Source: Gammaproteobacteria bacterium UBA3067 (GTDB taxonomy: Bacteria; Pseudomonadota; Gammaproteobacteria; Pseudomonadales; UBA3067). Taken from it: a stretch of DNA of 64,000 bases. The notes under the pieces are model-generated. The model was not told the DNA's origin, made no database searches, and saw only the letters and a list, made by a program, of their open reading frames with translations. The stretch spans positions 12,425-76,424 of the forward strand of contig DFBZ01000018.1 of NCBI GenBank assembly GCA_002366835.1, read 5' to 3'. The position numbers and the translations under genes are program-made. Positions 39,390 to 47,696 of the stretch are shown one piece after another (the first letter of the stretch is position 1; each line of letters begins with the position of its first letter).

Positions 39390-39390
39390 C

Positions 39391-40920
39391 ATGTGCAAAC
39401 GAAACTACCAAAACCGCAGCATACAGCTTTTCATATACGTACTCGCTACACTCAGCCTATTTGCCTGCAACGAGCCAAGCCCCAGCAACTCAAATAAACA
39501 ATATCTCGCTGTAGAAGTTAAGGCGCAGAAAACCACTTCCGTAGAAGAAAGCTTCCCTGTTGAAATAGACCGAATTAGTGTCGAAGTCGTTAATGACCAA
39601 GATGAGGTAATCGCCTCAAGTAGTACTGCAGATAACAGCGCCTCTTTTAACTTATCCGTTCCCCGTGACACTCCCTTATCTGTCATTGCATACGCCTACA
39701 GTGGCAATGAGCTACTTTATAAGGGAGTCGACAAGCTCGACCCCCTCACCTTAAACAGCCAAACTACCGTCGAAATAACCTTACAATCACAGGTGACGGT
39801 ATTAGCACCCCCTGACCCGCAAACTGTGACCGATAGCGGGGCCATAGAGCTCAGCCCGCTTATTGATGTTCGGGGGTTAAACGACTCCAGCCTCGCTTAC
39901 GCCATTAATGGCGTAGAAGGCGGCAATGAGACCCTCGGCCTTATTTCAACCTACGGCACTTACACGCCTCCCCCTCATCTACTAGAAACACTGCAAGTAC
40001 AACTCAGCGCCACCCCCATCGCAGCCCCCTCCTTTGCAGAGATTATTGAGGTGGTCATTGAACCCACGCCCATTGATCTGAATTGGTTTACTGATGAGGG
40101 CCTCAGAAGCTGTGTGGACCAACACGAAGCTGAACTCGTTGCAGCACTTACAACCCTCGACTGCTCCCATCGAACGACGGGTCTCAATATCCTATCCATG
40201 CAAGGTTTGGAAAACCTTACTGCATTAAAAGAACTCAATATCAGCAACCAATATATAGAAAGTATTCCGCCCCTAGGTAGTTTGACACTTTTGAACAAAC
40301 TCACCCTAAGCCTCAACCTTCTTGGCGATATAAAAGGCTTGGAATCACTTCCCTCATTGCAAAGTTTAGATTTAAGCTGGAACCCAGGCTTTTATTCGCT
40401 CGATGGTGACAATCCCCTCGACCCACTAATTCCACTAGCCGCCCTTACCTCACTTAAGGAACTGGATCTTTCTTGTGTATTTAATATGACTGAAAACTCT
40501 GTTAGTGCACTACGCAAAAAACTGCCCAATACAGAGATACTCTTCAAATGTTCATATTTATACCCGGAAACCATTTCGATACAGGCGAATGAGTACTTCG
40601 ACTTTAAAGGTTTTATTTCGACAACAGTGCTCAGCGATATTACAAATAAATTAGAACTTTTATCGAGCGACAAAAAAATAGCAGCACAGATTGATTCAAA
40701 TGACAGTGATGTAATTTATTCAGTAGATGAGATCGTGGGGGGTAATGAGAAAATAGGAACAATCTCGAAAACGGGTAAAGATGCAGGCATCTTTTTCTCA
40801 CCCAGAGTTAATAGCAATCAAATCGTAACACTCAGTGCCAGCCTAGAAGAGGCCCCAACATTTAAGGTTGAACTTAATATCGAGATTAAGCCCATTATTA
40901 ACCCACTATCTACATATTGA
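39391..40920 (+). CDS. leucine-rich-repeat (LRR) lipoprotein with flanking Ig-like/beta regions
   Basis: Lipobox 'LATLSLFAC'. LRR block 'LENLTALKELNISNQYIESIPPLGSLTLLNKLTLSLNLLGDIKGLESLPSLQSLDLSWN...LTSLKELDLS'. A repeated motif 'INGVEGGNETLGLISTYGTYTPP' / 'VDEIVGGNEKIGTISKTGKDAGIFFSP' is present. The ATG lies 1 nt after the upstream OMP stop; the ORF-track start at 39271 overlaps that gene. Confidence 0.7.
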   Translation: MCKRNYQNRSIQLFIYVLATLSLFACNEPSPSNSNKQYLAVEVKAQKTTSVEESFPVEIDRISVEVVNDQDEVIASSSTADNSASFNLSVPRDTPLSVIAYAYSGNELLYKGVDKLDPLTLNSQTTVEITLQSQVTVLAPPDPQTVTDSGAIELSPLIDVRGLNDSSLAYAINGVEGGNETLGLISTYGTYTPPPHLLETLQVQLSATPIAAPSFAEIIEVVIEPTPIDLNWFTDEGLRSCVDQHEAELVAALTTLDCSHRTTGLNILSMQGLENLTALKELNISNQYIESIPPLGSLTLLNKLTLSLNLLGDIKGLESLPSLQSLDLSWNPGFYSLDGDNPLDPLIPLAALTSLKELDLSCVFNMTENSVSALRKKLPNTEILFKCSYLYPETISIQANEYFDFKGFISTTVLSDITNKLELLSSDKKIAAQIDSNDSDVIYSVDEIVGGNEKIGTISKTGKDAGIFFSPRVNSNQIVTLSASLEEAPTFKVELNIEIKPIINPLSTY

Positions 40921-40952
40921 CAGCGAGGGTGGCGCTTTTTCAGGGGTTAAGG

Positions 40953-41053
40953 GCTGCATTGGCTACGACTGGCACTCCTTTTACTGCGCCTTTGTGGAGG
41001 AAAAAAAGAAATAGCTACGCCCAGCCCTTTTACGTTTTAACGACGCATTTAGT
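40953..41053. repeat. ~100-bp near-identical copy of the spacer between immunity paralogues 2 and 3 (43219-43320)
   Basis: 'gcattggctacgactggcactcc-ttttactgcgcctttgtggaggaaaaaaagaaatagctacgcccagcccttttacgttttaacgacgcatttagtcc' versus the same string at 43219-43320, with a few mismatches. Confidence 0.85.
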
Positions 41054-42083
41054 CCTCTATAGTCATTTTTTCTAGAACGACTGCTTCTTTCTCATTGCTT
41101 AACTGGGCGGCAAATTTTTGAATACCATTAATTTTTCGTGTATGAAACTCAAGTTTCAAAGGGGTTAATCGGTCCGGAGATAATTTTTTAAAGGCCGCAA
41201 ATGTTTCTGCTTCGTCGAAATTGAAGACAGGGTACTCGGTATCACCGCCTGGGTTATTCCAAATATAAAAAACCCGTCGAGGAACGGGACGCAGGGCACT
41301 GGCAGTCTCTTCATCCAGCGGGTAGCGAAAACAATCTTCTTCGCCATTGAAATAGTGAATACTTTCCACGAAAGGAGGAGGATTATCAGCAATAATCACA
41401 GGCTGCCAAGGATAATGCACGCGGTAGCTGTCCCATAGTTCGAAGGGGATGCCGTTTTGTTTTAGGGTATTGATATTTTCGATGCCAATTGCATCCTTCA
41501 AGCTTTTGTTAATAAACATTTCCCGAGTAATCTCCGGGTTATCAATGATCCGCGCCCAGGGAATATCTTCCGTTTTTTCAGCTTTACCAAAAAAGACTTC
41601 GGTCGTTTTATTCACGCCAAGCAGCCAGACAGCAACACTGCCCCCCGGTGTCACTCCCGCCATAATCCGCTTATAAGTAGTATGCCCCTTTTCTTTGGGG
41701 CTGTAATAACCTTCATTGAACAGGCGTACGATGGTGTCGTAGGGTAGGTCAAACTCACCTTTATAGAAGACATTTTCGGTATAAGAGAAAAACTCAATCT
41801 CCATACGACTGGGTAAAGACTTTAGATCGGGCCCCACAACGTGGGAAGAAACCATGCTTCCCCAGCCGTAATCAATGCGCTTTGAGTTGGGAATATAAAG
41901 GGAATAGCCATCGGGAGCGATAAAAAAGCCACTGATGATTCTCATGGGAAAGTTTTTGGGGGCACTTTCCGTTGCCAGCCAGTCAAATTTAATCACAGGA
42001 GCACCTCCACAGGCGGATAACAAGGAACCAAAGACAAAAGTACCTGCTAAGGCTAAGCGTTTTTTTACTAATTTAAAGCTCAT
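41049..42083 (-). CDS. lipoprotein, putative Tle1-cognate immunity paralogue 1
   Basis: Lipobox 'GSLLSACGG'. ~80-85% identical by eye to the two upstream paralogues. Downstream of a DUF2235 lipase in a vgrG island. Confidence 0.55.
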   Translation of the reverse strand: MSFKLVKKRLALAGTFVFGSLLSACGGAPVIKFDWLATESAPKNFPMRIISGFFIAPDGYSLYIPNSKRIDYGWGSMVSSHVVGPDLKSLPSRMEIEFFSYTENVFYKGEFDLPYDTIVRLFNEGYYSPKEKGHTTYKRIMAGVTPGGSVAVWLLGVNKTTEVFFGKAEKTEDIPWARIIDNPEITREMFINKSLKDAIGIENINTLKQNGIPFELWDSYRVHYPWQPVIIADNPPPFVESIHYFNGEEDCFRYPLDEETASALRPVPRRVFYIWNNPGGDTEYPVFNFDEAETFAAFKKLSPDRLTPLKLEFHTRKINGIQKFAAQLSNEKEAVVLEKMTIED

Positions 42084-42178
42084 AATAACTGTTGTTGGTA
42101 TCCCTATTGCCCGCTGTGAAAATGCGCGTGAAACTGCAGCTAAGTACCAACAATCAACACGCCCTATTTTCTTATATT

Positions 42179-43219
42179 TTAACGTCTCGCCTTGCCCATA
42201 TACATTTTCTCTAAAACCACCACTTCTTCTTCATTACTTAACTGAACGGCATATTTTCGGACACCATCAATTTTTCGCGTGTAAAACTCCAGTTTTAAGG
42301 GGGTTAAACCATCGGGGCACAGCCTTTTAAAGGCTGCAAACATTTCTGCTTCGTCAAAGTTGAACTTGGGGTAACTGACTTTACCATCGGGATTGTCCCA
42401 AATATAATAAAGCCTTCTAGGGATGGGGCGTAGTGTACTGGGAGCGGGTTCATCCAGCGGATAACGTAAGTTGTCTTCCTCACCATTGAAATAGAATATC
42501 CCATGAATAAAGGGCGGGGGATTATCAGCAATAATCACAGGCTGCCAAGGGTAATGCACGCGGTAGCTGTCCCATAGTTCGAAGGGGATGCCGTTTTGTT
42601 TTAGGGCATTGATATTTTCAATACTAACCGCATCATTTAAAACTTCGTGAACAAACTCCTCTCGTGTAATCTCTGAGCCGTCATAAATTCGCGTCCAGGG
42701 AATATCCTGCGTTCTATCAGCTTTACCAAAAAAGACTTCGGTCTTCTTATTAGTCCCAAGCAACCAAACAGCGACACTACCCCCTGGTGCCACCCCGACC
42801 ATAATCCGTCCATAAGTAGTACGCCCCTCCTCTTTAGAGCTGTAATAGCCGTCATTAAACAGGCGTACGATGGTGTCGTAGGGTAAGTCAAACTCACCCT
42901 TATAGAAGACATTTTCAGTATAAGAAAAAAACTCGATCTCCATACGACTGGGTAAAGATTTTAGATCGGACCCCACGACGTGGGAGGAAATCATGCTTCC
43001 CCAACCGGAATGAATGGTTTTTTCGTTCGGGATATAAAGGGAATAACCATCGGGAGAGATAAAACTGCCACGGACAATTTCCATGGGGTAGTTTTTTGGC
43101 GCACTTTCCGTTGCCAGCCAGTCAAATTTAGTCACAGGGGTGACTCCACAGGCGGACAGCAAAGGGGCGAAGACCAACGTGCCTGCCAAGGATAAACATC
43201 TTTTTAAGGTTTTAAGCAT
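42179..43219 (-). CDS. lipoprotein, putative Tle1-cognate immunity paralogue 2
   Basis: Lipobox 'APLLSACGV'. Collinear with paralogues 1 and 3. The start was chosen at 'MLKTLKR'; the ORF track starts at 43240. Confidence 0.55.
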   Translation of the reverse strand: MLKTLKRCLSLAGTLVFAPLLSACGVTPVTKFDWLATESAPKNYPMEIVRGSFISPDGYSLYIPNEKTIHSGWGSMISSHVVGSDLKSLPSRMEIEFFSYTENVFYKGEFDLPYDTIVRLFNDGYYSSKEEGRTTYGRIMVGVAPGGSVAVWLLGTNKKTEVFFGKADRTQDIPWTRIYDGSEITREEFVHEVLNDAVSIENINALKQNGIPFELWDSYRVHYPWQPVIIADNPPPFIHGIFYFNGEEDNLRYPLDEPAPSTLRPIPRRLYYIWDNPDGKVSYPKFNFDEAEMFAAFKRLCPDGLTPLKLEFYTRKIDGVRKYAVQLSNEEEVVVLEKMYMGKARR

Positions 43220-43313
43220 TGCATTGGCCACGACTGGCACTCCCTTTACTGCGCCTTTATGGAGGAAAAAAAGAAATAGCTACGCCCAGCCCTTTTACGT
43301 TTTAACGACGCAT

Positions 43314-44357
43314 TTAGTCCTCTATAGTCATTTTTTCTAGAACAACTGCTTCTTTCTCATTGCTTAACTGGGCGGAAAATTTTTGAATACCATTAATTTT
43401 GCGTGTATGAAACTCAAGTTTCAAAGGGGTTAATCGGTCCGGAGATAGTTTTTTAAAGGCCGCAAATATTTCTGCTTCGTCGAAATTGAAGACAGGGTAC
43501 TCAGTATCACCGTCTGGGTTATTCCAAATATAATAAACCTCTCGAGGAATGGGGCGCAGAGCGCTTGCAGTTGCTTCATCCAGCGGATAGCGAAAAGAAT
43601 CTTCTTCACCGTTGAAATAATAGATACTTTCCACGAAGGGGGGAGGGTTATCAGCAACAACCACCGGCTGCCAAGGGTAGTGCACGCGGTAACTGTCCCA
43701 TAGTTTAAAGGGAATACCATTTTGTTTTAAGCCATTGATATTTTCAATGCCAATGGCGTCCTCTAAAACTCTGTGAATAAACGTCTCACGTGTGATTTCT
43801 GAGCCATCATAGATTCGCGTCCAGGGAATATCCTGCGTTTTTTCAGCTTTGCCGAAAAAGACTTCTGTCGTTTTGTTCACGCCAGACAGCCAGACGGCGA
43901 CCCCTCCCCCCGGCGTCACCCCAGCCATGATGCTCATATAGGTGGTATGCCCCTCTTCTTTGGAGCTGTAATAGCCGTCATTAAACAGGCGTACAATAGT
44001 ATCGTAGGGTAAGTCAAACTCACCCTTATAGAAGACATTTTCAGTATAAGAAAAAAACTCAATCTCCATACGACTGGGTAAAGATTTTAGATCGGGCCCC
44101 ACCACGTGGGAAGAAACCATGTCCCCCCAACCGTAATGAATAGTTTTTTCGTTCGGGATATAAAGAGAATAGCCATCAGGGGCGATAAAGTAGCCGCTCA
44201 CAATTTCCATGGGATAGTTTTTTGGTGCACTTTCGGTAGCGAACCAGTCAAATTTAGTCACAGGGGTGCCTCCGCAGGCGGATAATAAGGGGCCAAGAAC
44301 AAAGGTCGATACCAAAGCCAAGCCTTGTTTTAGGTTTTTAAATGGGTGATTAACCAC
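43314..44357 (-). CDS. lipoprotein, putative Tle1-cognate immunity paralogue 3
   Basis: Lipobox 'GPLLSACGG'. The GTG start overlaps the Tle1 stop by 8 nt (GTGGTTAA). Confidence 0.55.
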   Translation of the reverse strand: MVNHPFKNLKQGLALVSTFVLGPLLSACGGTPVTKFDWFATESAPKNYPMEIVSGYFIAPDGYSLYIPNEKTIHYGWGDMVSSHVVGPDLKSLPSRMEIEFFSYTENVFYKGEFDLPYDTIVRLFNDGYYSSKEEGHTTYMSIMAGVTPGGGVAVWLSGVNKTTEVFFGKAEKTQDIPWTRIYDGSEITRETFIHRVLEDAIGIENINGLKQNGIPFKLWDSYRVHYPWQPVVVADNPPPFVESIYYFNGEEDSFRYPLDEATASALRPIPREVYYIWNNPDGDTEYPVFNFDEAEIFAAFKKLSPDRLTPLKLEFHTRKINGIQKFSAQLSNEKEAVVLEKMTIED

Positions 44358-45747
44358 GGATAGTTATCCTTTCTCGCTGCCCTTTGCGAATCCTAGGCTT
44401 ATGTGCCGCCAACACCATGTAGCTACGCTGGTAGTGAGCGGAAAAATGTAGCTGCTGATTACGTAAGTCCTTCAGCCAGCTGTAACGGTCGTAACACTTG
44501 GAGCCATGCCAGTCTCCAGCGGCAGATTTATCCTTTTGCGCATACGCGCTTAGATTTTCATACACACCAGAAAGTTGTGTAGGAGGGGCTTCTTTCATTT
44601 GAAATTTGTCTTCTAAAATCATTCCTGTTTCACAAAAAAAATCTGCCATAATATTTAACGGAATTTTAGCATAGCCATTATCTAACCCAGTACGTCGCGA
44701 TTTAAGCCGATGTGGTTCTCGCTGCGGCATTTCACCGTGCAGTGAAATCATTACCTCTAGAGCAGGCGGGCTTTCAATATAGATTTGCTCTTCCGTAAAC
44801 CAGCCTTGGCTCAGTAAATGTTTGCGATCTTTTTCCAAGCTACTTAGGTTCTGGGATTCATTCAGAACTAAGTTTTCTTCAATGTTATTGCGATAGCCAC
44901 CCCCGATATCGGAATGAACCCCCGGCAGAAAAATTTCCCTCCCGCCTTTGCCAATAGCGCTTTTAATAGTGGTGAGGGCAAAGTTACTGCGATGCTCATC
45001 TGCAGCGGCTAGGTGTACCACGGTTTTTACTTCTGGCCGACTCACGGCTTTCAGCTTCAGGCTATTTACATCGTTGTGGCTCAGGCCTTCAGATGAGACG
45101 GTATCATACAAACCCACAAACTCCACCCGTACGTTTTTCTTATCAATCTCAAAACCTTTGGCGCGGATTTTGTCGGCCAAGGGGACAGGTGAAGAAAACA
45201 GGCCACTTTTATCGCTTAAGGTTTTGTGAATAAAATAACGGGCACCGGCTGCCCCACGGCTAAAACCAAAAATATCCAGCACCAGCTCTTCAATAATGGG
45301 GTTTTTCTTTAGCGTGCTCTTAAGTAAATGAACAACCCTATCGACTCCCTTTTCAACCTTTTCCTTCACCCCCGTATCACCTGTGCCAAAAGCAGAGCCT
45401 CTGAAGCTGTCACCTTCTAAATCTTCGGTGCCAGGGCCTTCAATATAGGTGGTTAACAAATACTGATCCTTTCCAAGGGACGTCTTATCAATATAGCTTT
45501 CCATTTTAGCCACATTGGTTTTATCCCCCTCGTAGCTGTTGCCGGCTTTACCAGGTTTCGGCTTGTGCTCCTGATACTTATCGGTGTTCCGCTCCCGCGC
45601 TTCGACATTGGTTCGATTGTTCAAAGTGCCATCGAAAAACACACAAAAGCGGATTTTCACTCTTCGCCGTTTGTCTTTTTTGGGTTTTTCTTCTTGAGGT
45701 GCAGATTCTTCGCTTGCAGAAAAAGCGCCTTCGCCTATATCTGTCAT
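44350..45747 (-). CDS. tle1: DUF2235 alpha/beta hydrolase, T6SS phospholipase effector of the Tle1 type
   Basis: 'RFCVFFDGTLNN', nucleophile elbow 'DIFGFSRGAAGARYF' (GxSxG) and 'LPGVHSDIGGGY' are the DUF2235/Tle1 hallmarks. Located in a vgrG/PAAR operon and followed by lipoprotein genes. Confidence 0.8.
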   Translation of the reverse strand: MTDIGEGAFSASEESAPQEEKPKKDKRRRVKIRFCVFFDGTLNNRTNVEARERNTDKYQEHKPKPGKAGNSYEGDKTNVAKMESYIDKTSLGKDQYLLTTYIEGPGTEDLEGDSFRGSAFGTGDTGVKEKVEKGVDRVVHLLKSTLKKNPIIEELVLDIFGFSRGAAGARYFIHKTLSDKSGLFSSPVPLADKIRAKGFEIDKKNVRVEFVGLYDTVSSEGLSHNDVNSLKLKAVSRPEVKTVVHLAAADEHRSNFALTTIKSAIGKGGREIFLPGVHSDIGGGYRNNIEENLVLNESQNLSSLEKDRKHLLSQGWFTEEQIYIESPPALEVMISLHGEMPQREPHRLKSRRTGLDNGYAKIPLNIMADFFCETGMILEDKFQMKEAPPTQLSGVYENLSAYAQKDKSAAGDWHGSKCYDRYSWLKDLRNQQLHFSAHYQRSYMVLAAHKPRIRKGQRERITIRG

Positions 45748-46865
45748 GGAATTTTAGCCTCCCGTGCTGGACTAGCTTTTGGGTTAACAGTGGGATGTTG
45801 GGGTATTTTTTCCAGCAGTAGCGCAGCACGCCAAGCGTTATCCGATGAGGCATAAACAAGGTGAGCTGCTGGGCCCTTAATTTTTCCTAGGTCTTCCGCC
45901 GCAAGAGCAATAAGCGCCGCGCCGGTGGCGGCACCTAGATCACCGTAGCTGTCTGCTGGGTGATGGTGTTGCACGCCTTGGCAAAAGCAGGATTCGTTGC
46001 GTGTCATGGCGACGCCATATTCTTTGGCCCAGTAGTGCTCACCATTCATGCTGGAATAAATGCTGTGTATGCCGCCACCTTCATAAGCCTGTAATGCTTG
46101 CAAAAAGGCCTGGTGCAGGCCTTCGCCACGGTAAACATGTTCGCTATTGAGGTGGCCAGGTTCCTGCGCTACACCTGCTGGGTTTAAGGCGATGATATGG
46201 CCATCCTGAACATGGGCTTTTTCTGGGTGCCGCGTGAGTAGAAAAAAGCAGGCCCCTTCTCCGGGTGCAAAGCCATTTTGTACGCCAGGGGCCAAAGCTC
46301 GTTCGGCCTCATCGAGGTAAGCAAGGGTGGAATAATCCCAGTAGCTATCGCTGGCACCCACCAGTACATAATCTTGCTGGAGGTCGTAAAGGAAACGTTG
46401 GGCTAAATCCAGGCTTTGCAATACCGCCGCCCGGCCTGTATGAACAGTGCGCACCTGCCGGCGATCAATGGGAAGTTTTGCCTGGTTAATCAGGTTATCC
46501 AGCATGACTTCAGGGCTAATATTGGGGGTATGGGGCAAGCTTTCTGCGAATGAAAGCACCAAGGGCACCGGCTCTGATACCGGGTGACGCTGAAATACCT
46601 GCGATGCAGCCAGGATGGCCATTTTAATTATACGATCGTAGCGCTCGCAACATTCGCTACCTTGGTCTATTTCGAGTTCAAAGCCGGTAAAGATTTCCTC
46701 GGGGATGCCTGTCATGGTGATGAAGCCATCTTGGAGGTTCTCATAGTCAGACACACGATAGGCACTAATACCCGCCCTGAGGGAAGCGGCCGTCATTTCA
46801 GTGCTGCTTCCCAAGGGGCTGAGCATGCCGGTGGCTGCGAGGTAGAGTTTTTGGGTATGGCTCAT
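45744..46865 (-). CDS. beta-ketoacyl-synthase/thiolase-fold protein lacking the catalytic Cys-His-His (pseudoenzyme; candidate T6SS adaptor)
   Basis: KAS-like blocks: 'LYLAATGMLSPLG', 'YVLVGASDS', 'NGFAPGEGACFFLLTR', 'GDLGAATGAALIALA'. The expected 'TAC(A/S)' reads 'HTGRAAV', 'HGTGT' reads 'SMNGEH', and 'GH' reads 'GD'. The stop overlaps the tle1 start (ATGA). Confidence 0.6.
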   Translation of the reverse strand: MSHTQKLYLAATGMLSPLGSSTEMTAASLRAGISAYRVSDYENLQDGFITMTGIPEEIFTGFELEIDQGSECCERYDRIIKMAILAASQVFQRHPVSEPVPLVLSFAESLPHTPNISPEVMLDNLINQAKLPIDRRQVRTVHTGRAAVLQSLDLAQRFLYDLQQDYVLVGASDSYWDYSTLAYLDEAERALAPGVQNGFAPGEGACFFLLTRHPEKAHVQDGHIIALNPAGVAQEPGHLNSEHVYRGEGLHQAFLQALQAYEGGGIHSIYSSMNGEHYWAKEYGVAMTRNESCFCQGVQHHHPADSYGDLGAATGAALIALAAEDLGKIKGPAAHLVYASSDNAWRAALLLEKIPQHPTVNPKASPAREAKIP

Positions 46866-46968
46866 TCAGTCGATCCTAAGGAGCAGGGGCTTTGGTGTTG
46901 CTTGTTAAAATACGCGTTTACAGTGCCTGGATACTCACGAGTGGCCTCACCACGTATGAATTTAAACC

Positions 46969-47349
46969 TTAACCCATAATGTTTTTATCATTATGAAGAA
47001 GCGGGTCGCCTAGGCGGCAAGCATTTTTCCCTTCAAATTTTATATCAAATGAATACATCATAAATTCGCAGGTCCCTTTGGTTTTGCCGCTGACCACACC
47101 GCCGATTGAACCCGCCTCGTCCCCTGTAGAGGTGGAATACTTCGCACCCTTTACCATTGGCATTTCGCCATCAACGGTTACTGTGCTGGGGCCGCCGCTG
47201 GTGTCAGAAGATTTGCCCGTATTCGGATAAGGGATAGGCACCGGGCCACCAGGAGTGGGTGTTTTGCAGACATCGGGAAAGACAGTGCTTACACCACCAC
47301 TGCCTTTGTGAACGATGCCTCTGCCATTAGCAAATGTAGTTTGTGCCAC
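46969..47349 (-). CDS. PAAR-like DUF4150 protein (stand-alone, no toxin extension)
   Basis: 'VHKGSGGVSTVFPDVCKTPTPGGPVPIPYPNTGKSSD...VTVDG...STGDEAG..GGVVSG...F..YSFDIKFEGKNACRLGDPLLHN' matches DUF4150. 126 aa, GTG start. Confidence 0.75.
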   Translation of the reverse strand: MAQTTFANGRGIVHKGSGGVSTVFPDVCKTPTPGGPVPIPYPNTGKSSDTSGGPSTVTVDGEMPMVKGAKYSTSTGDEAGSIGGVVSGKTKGTCEFMMYSFDIKFEGKNACRLGDPLLHNDKNIMG

Positions 47350-47582
47350 TTTAGTTTTTCTCCTGCGTGATTATTCAGTGTTGTTTAATTTGAACGCTCA
47401 CATTTCGAGATTTATATTTTTCGAAACGTCACTTATAAACTAGGGGGAACGCTGTCCGCCACTTGAGTTGGATGAAGTTAAATCCAACCGTTTTGATATA
47501 CGCTTTATTATTTTAAGTTTGGCTCCACGAAATCAGATATGATTTTAACCCTTAACGTAGGACCCATAATCAAGGGCTAAAT

Positions 47583-47609
47583 GTTGGGTTTCGCTACGCT
47601 CTACCCAAC
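47583..47609. repeat. REP-like palindromic element
   Basis: 'gttgggt-ttcgctacgctct-acccaac' is a 7-bp perfect stem. The sequence resembles a REP-type element widespread in marine gammaproteobacteria. There is a single copy in this window. Confidence 0.4.
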
Positions 47610-47648
47610 CTACAGGGTATTTTCGAGCATACTAAACCCCTACACTTG

Positions 47649-47684
47649 AGGTAAGAAATAAGCTAACCAACTTATTTCTTACCT
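47649..47684. terminator. 14-bp perfect hairpin just downstream of the HEAT-like gene
   Basis: 'aggtaagaaataag' - loop 'ctaaccaa' - 'cttatttcttacct'. The T-tract follows on the plus strand only, so terminator function for the minus-strand operon is uncertain. Confidence 0.35.
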
Positions 47685-47696
47685 TATTTTTCGCAA

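Noticed and set aside
39271-39390. 40-codon N-terminal extension of the LRR lipoprotein ORF
   Set aside because: It overlaps the 3' end of the upstream OMP gene. The signal peptide and lipobox start right after the ATG at 39391.
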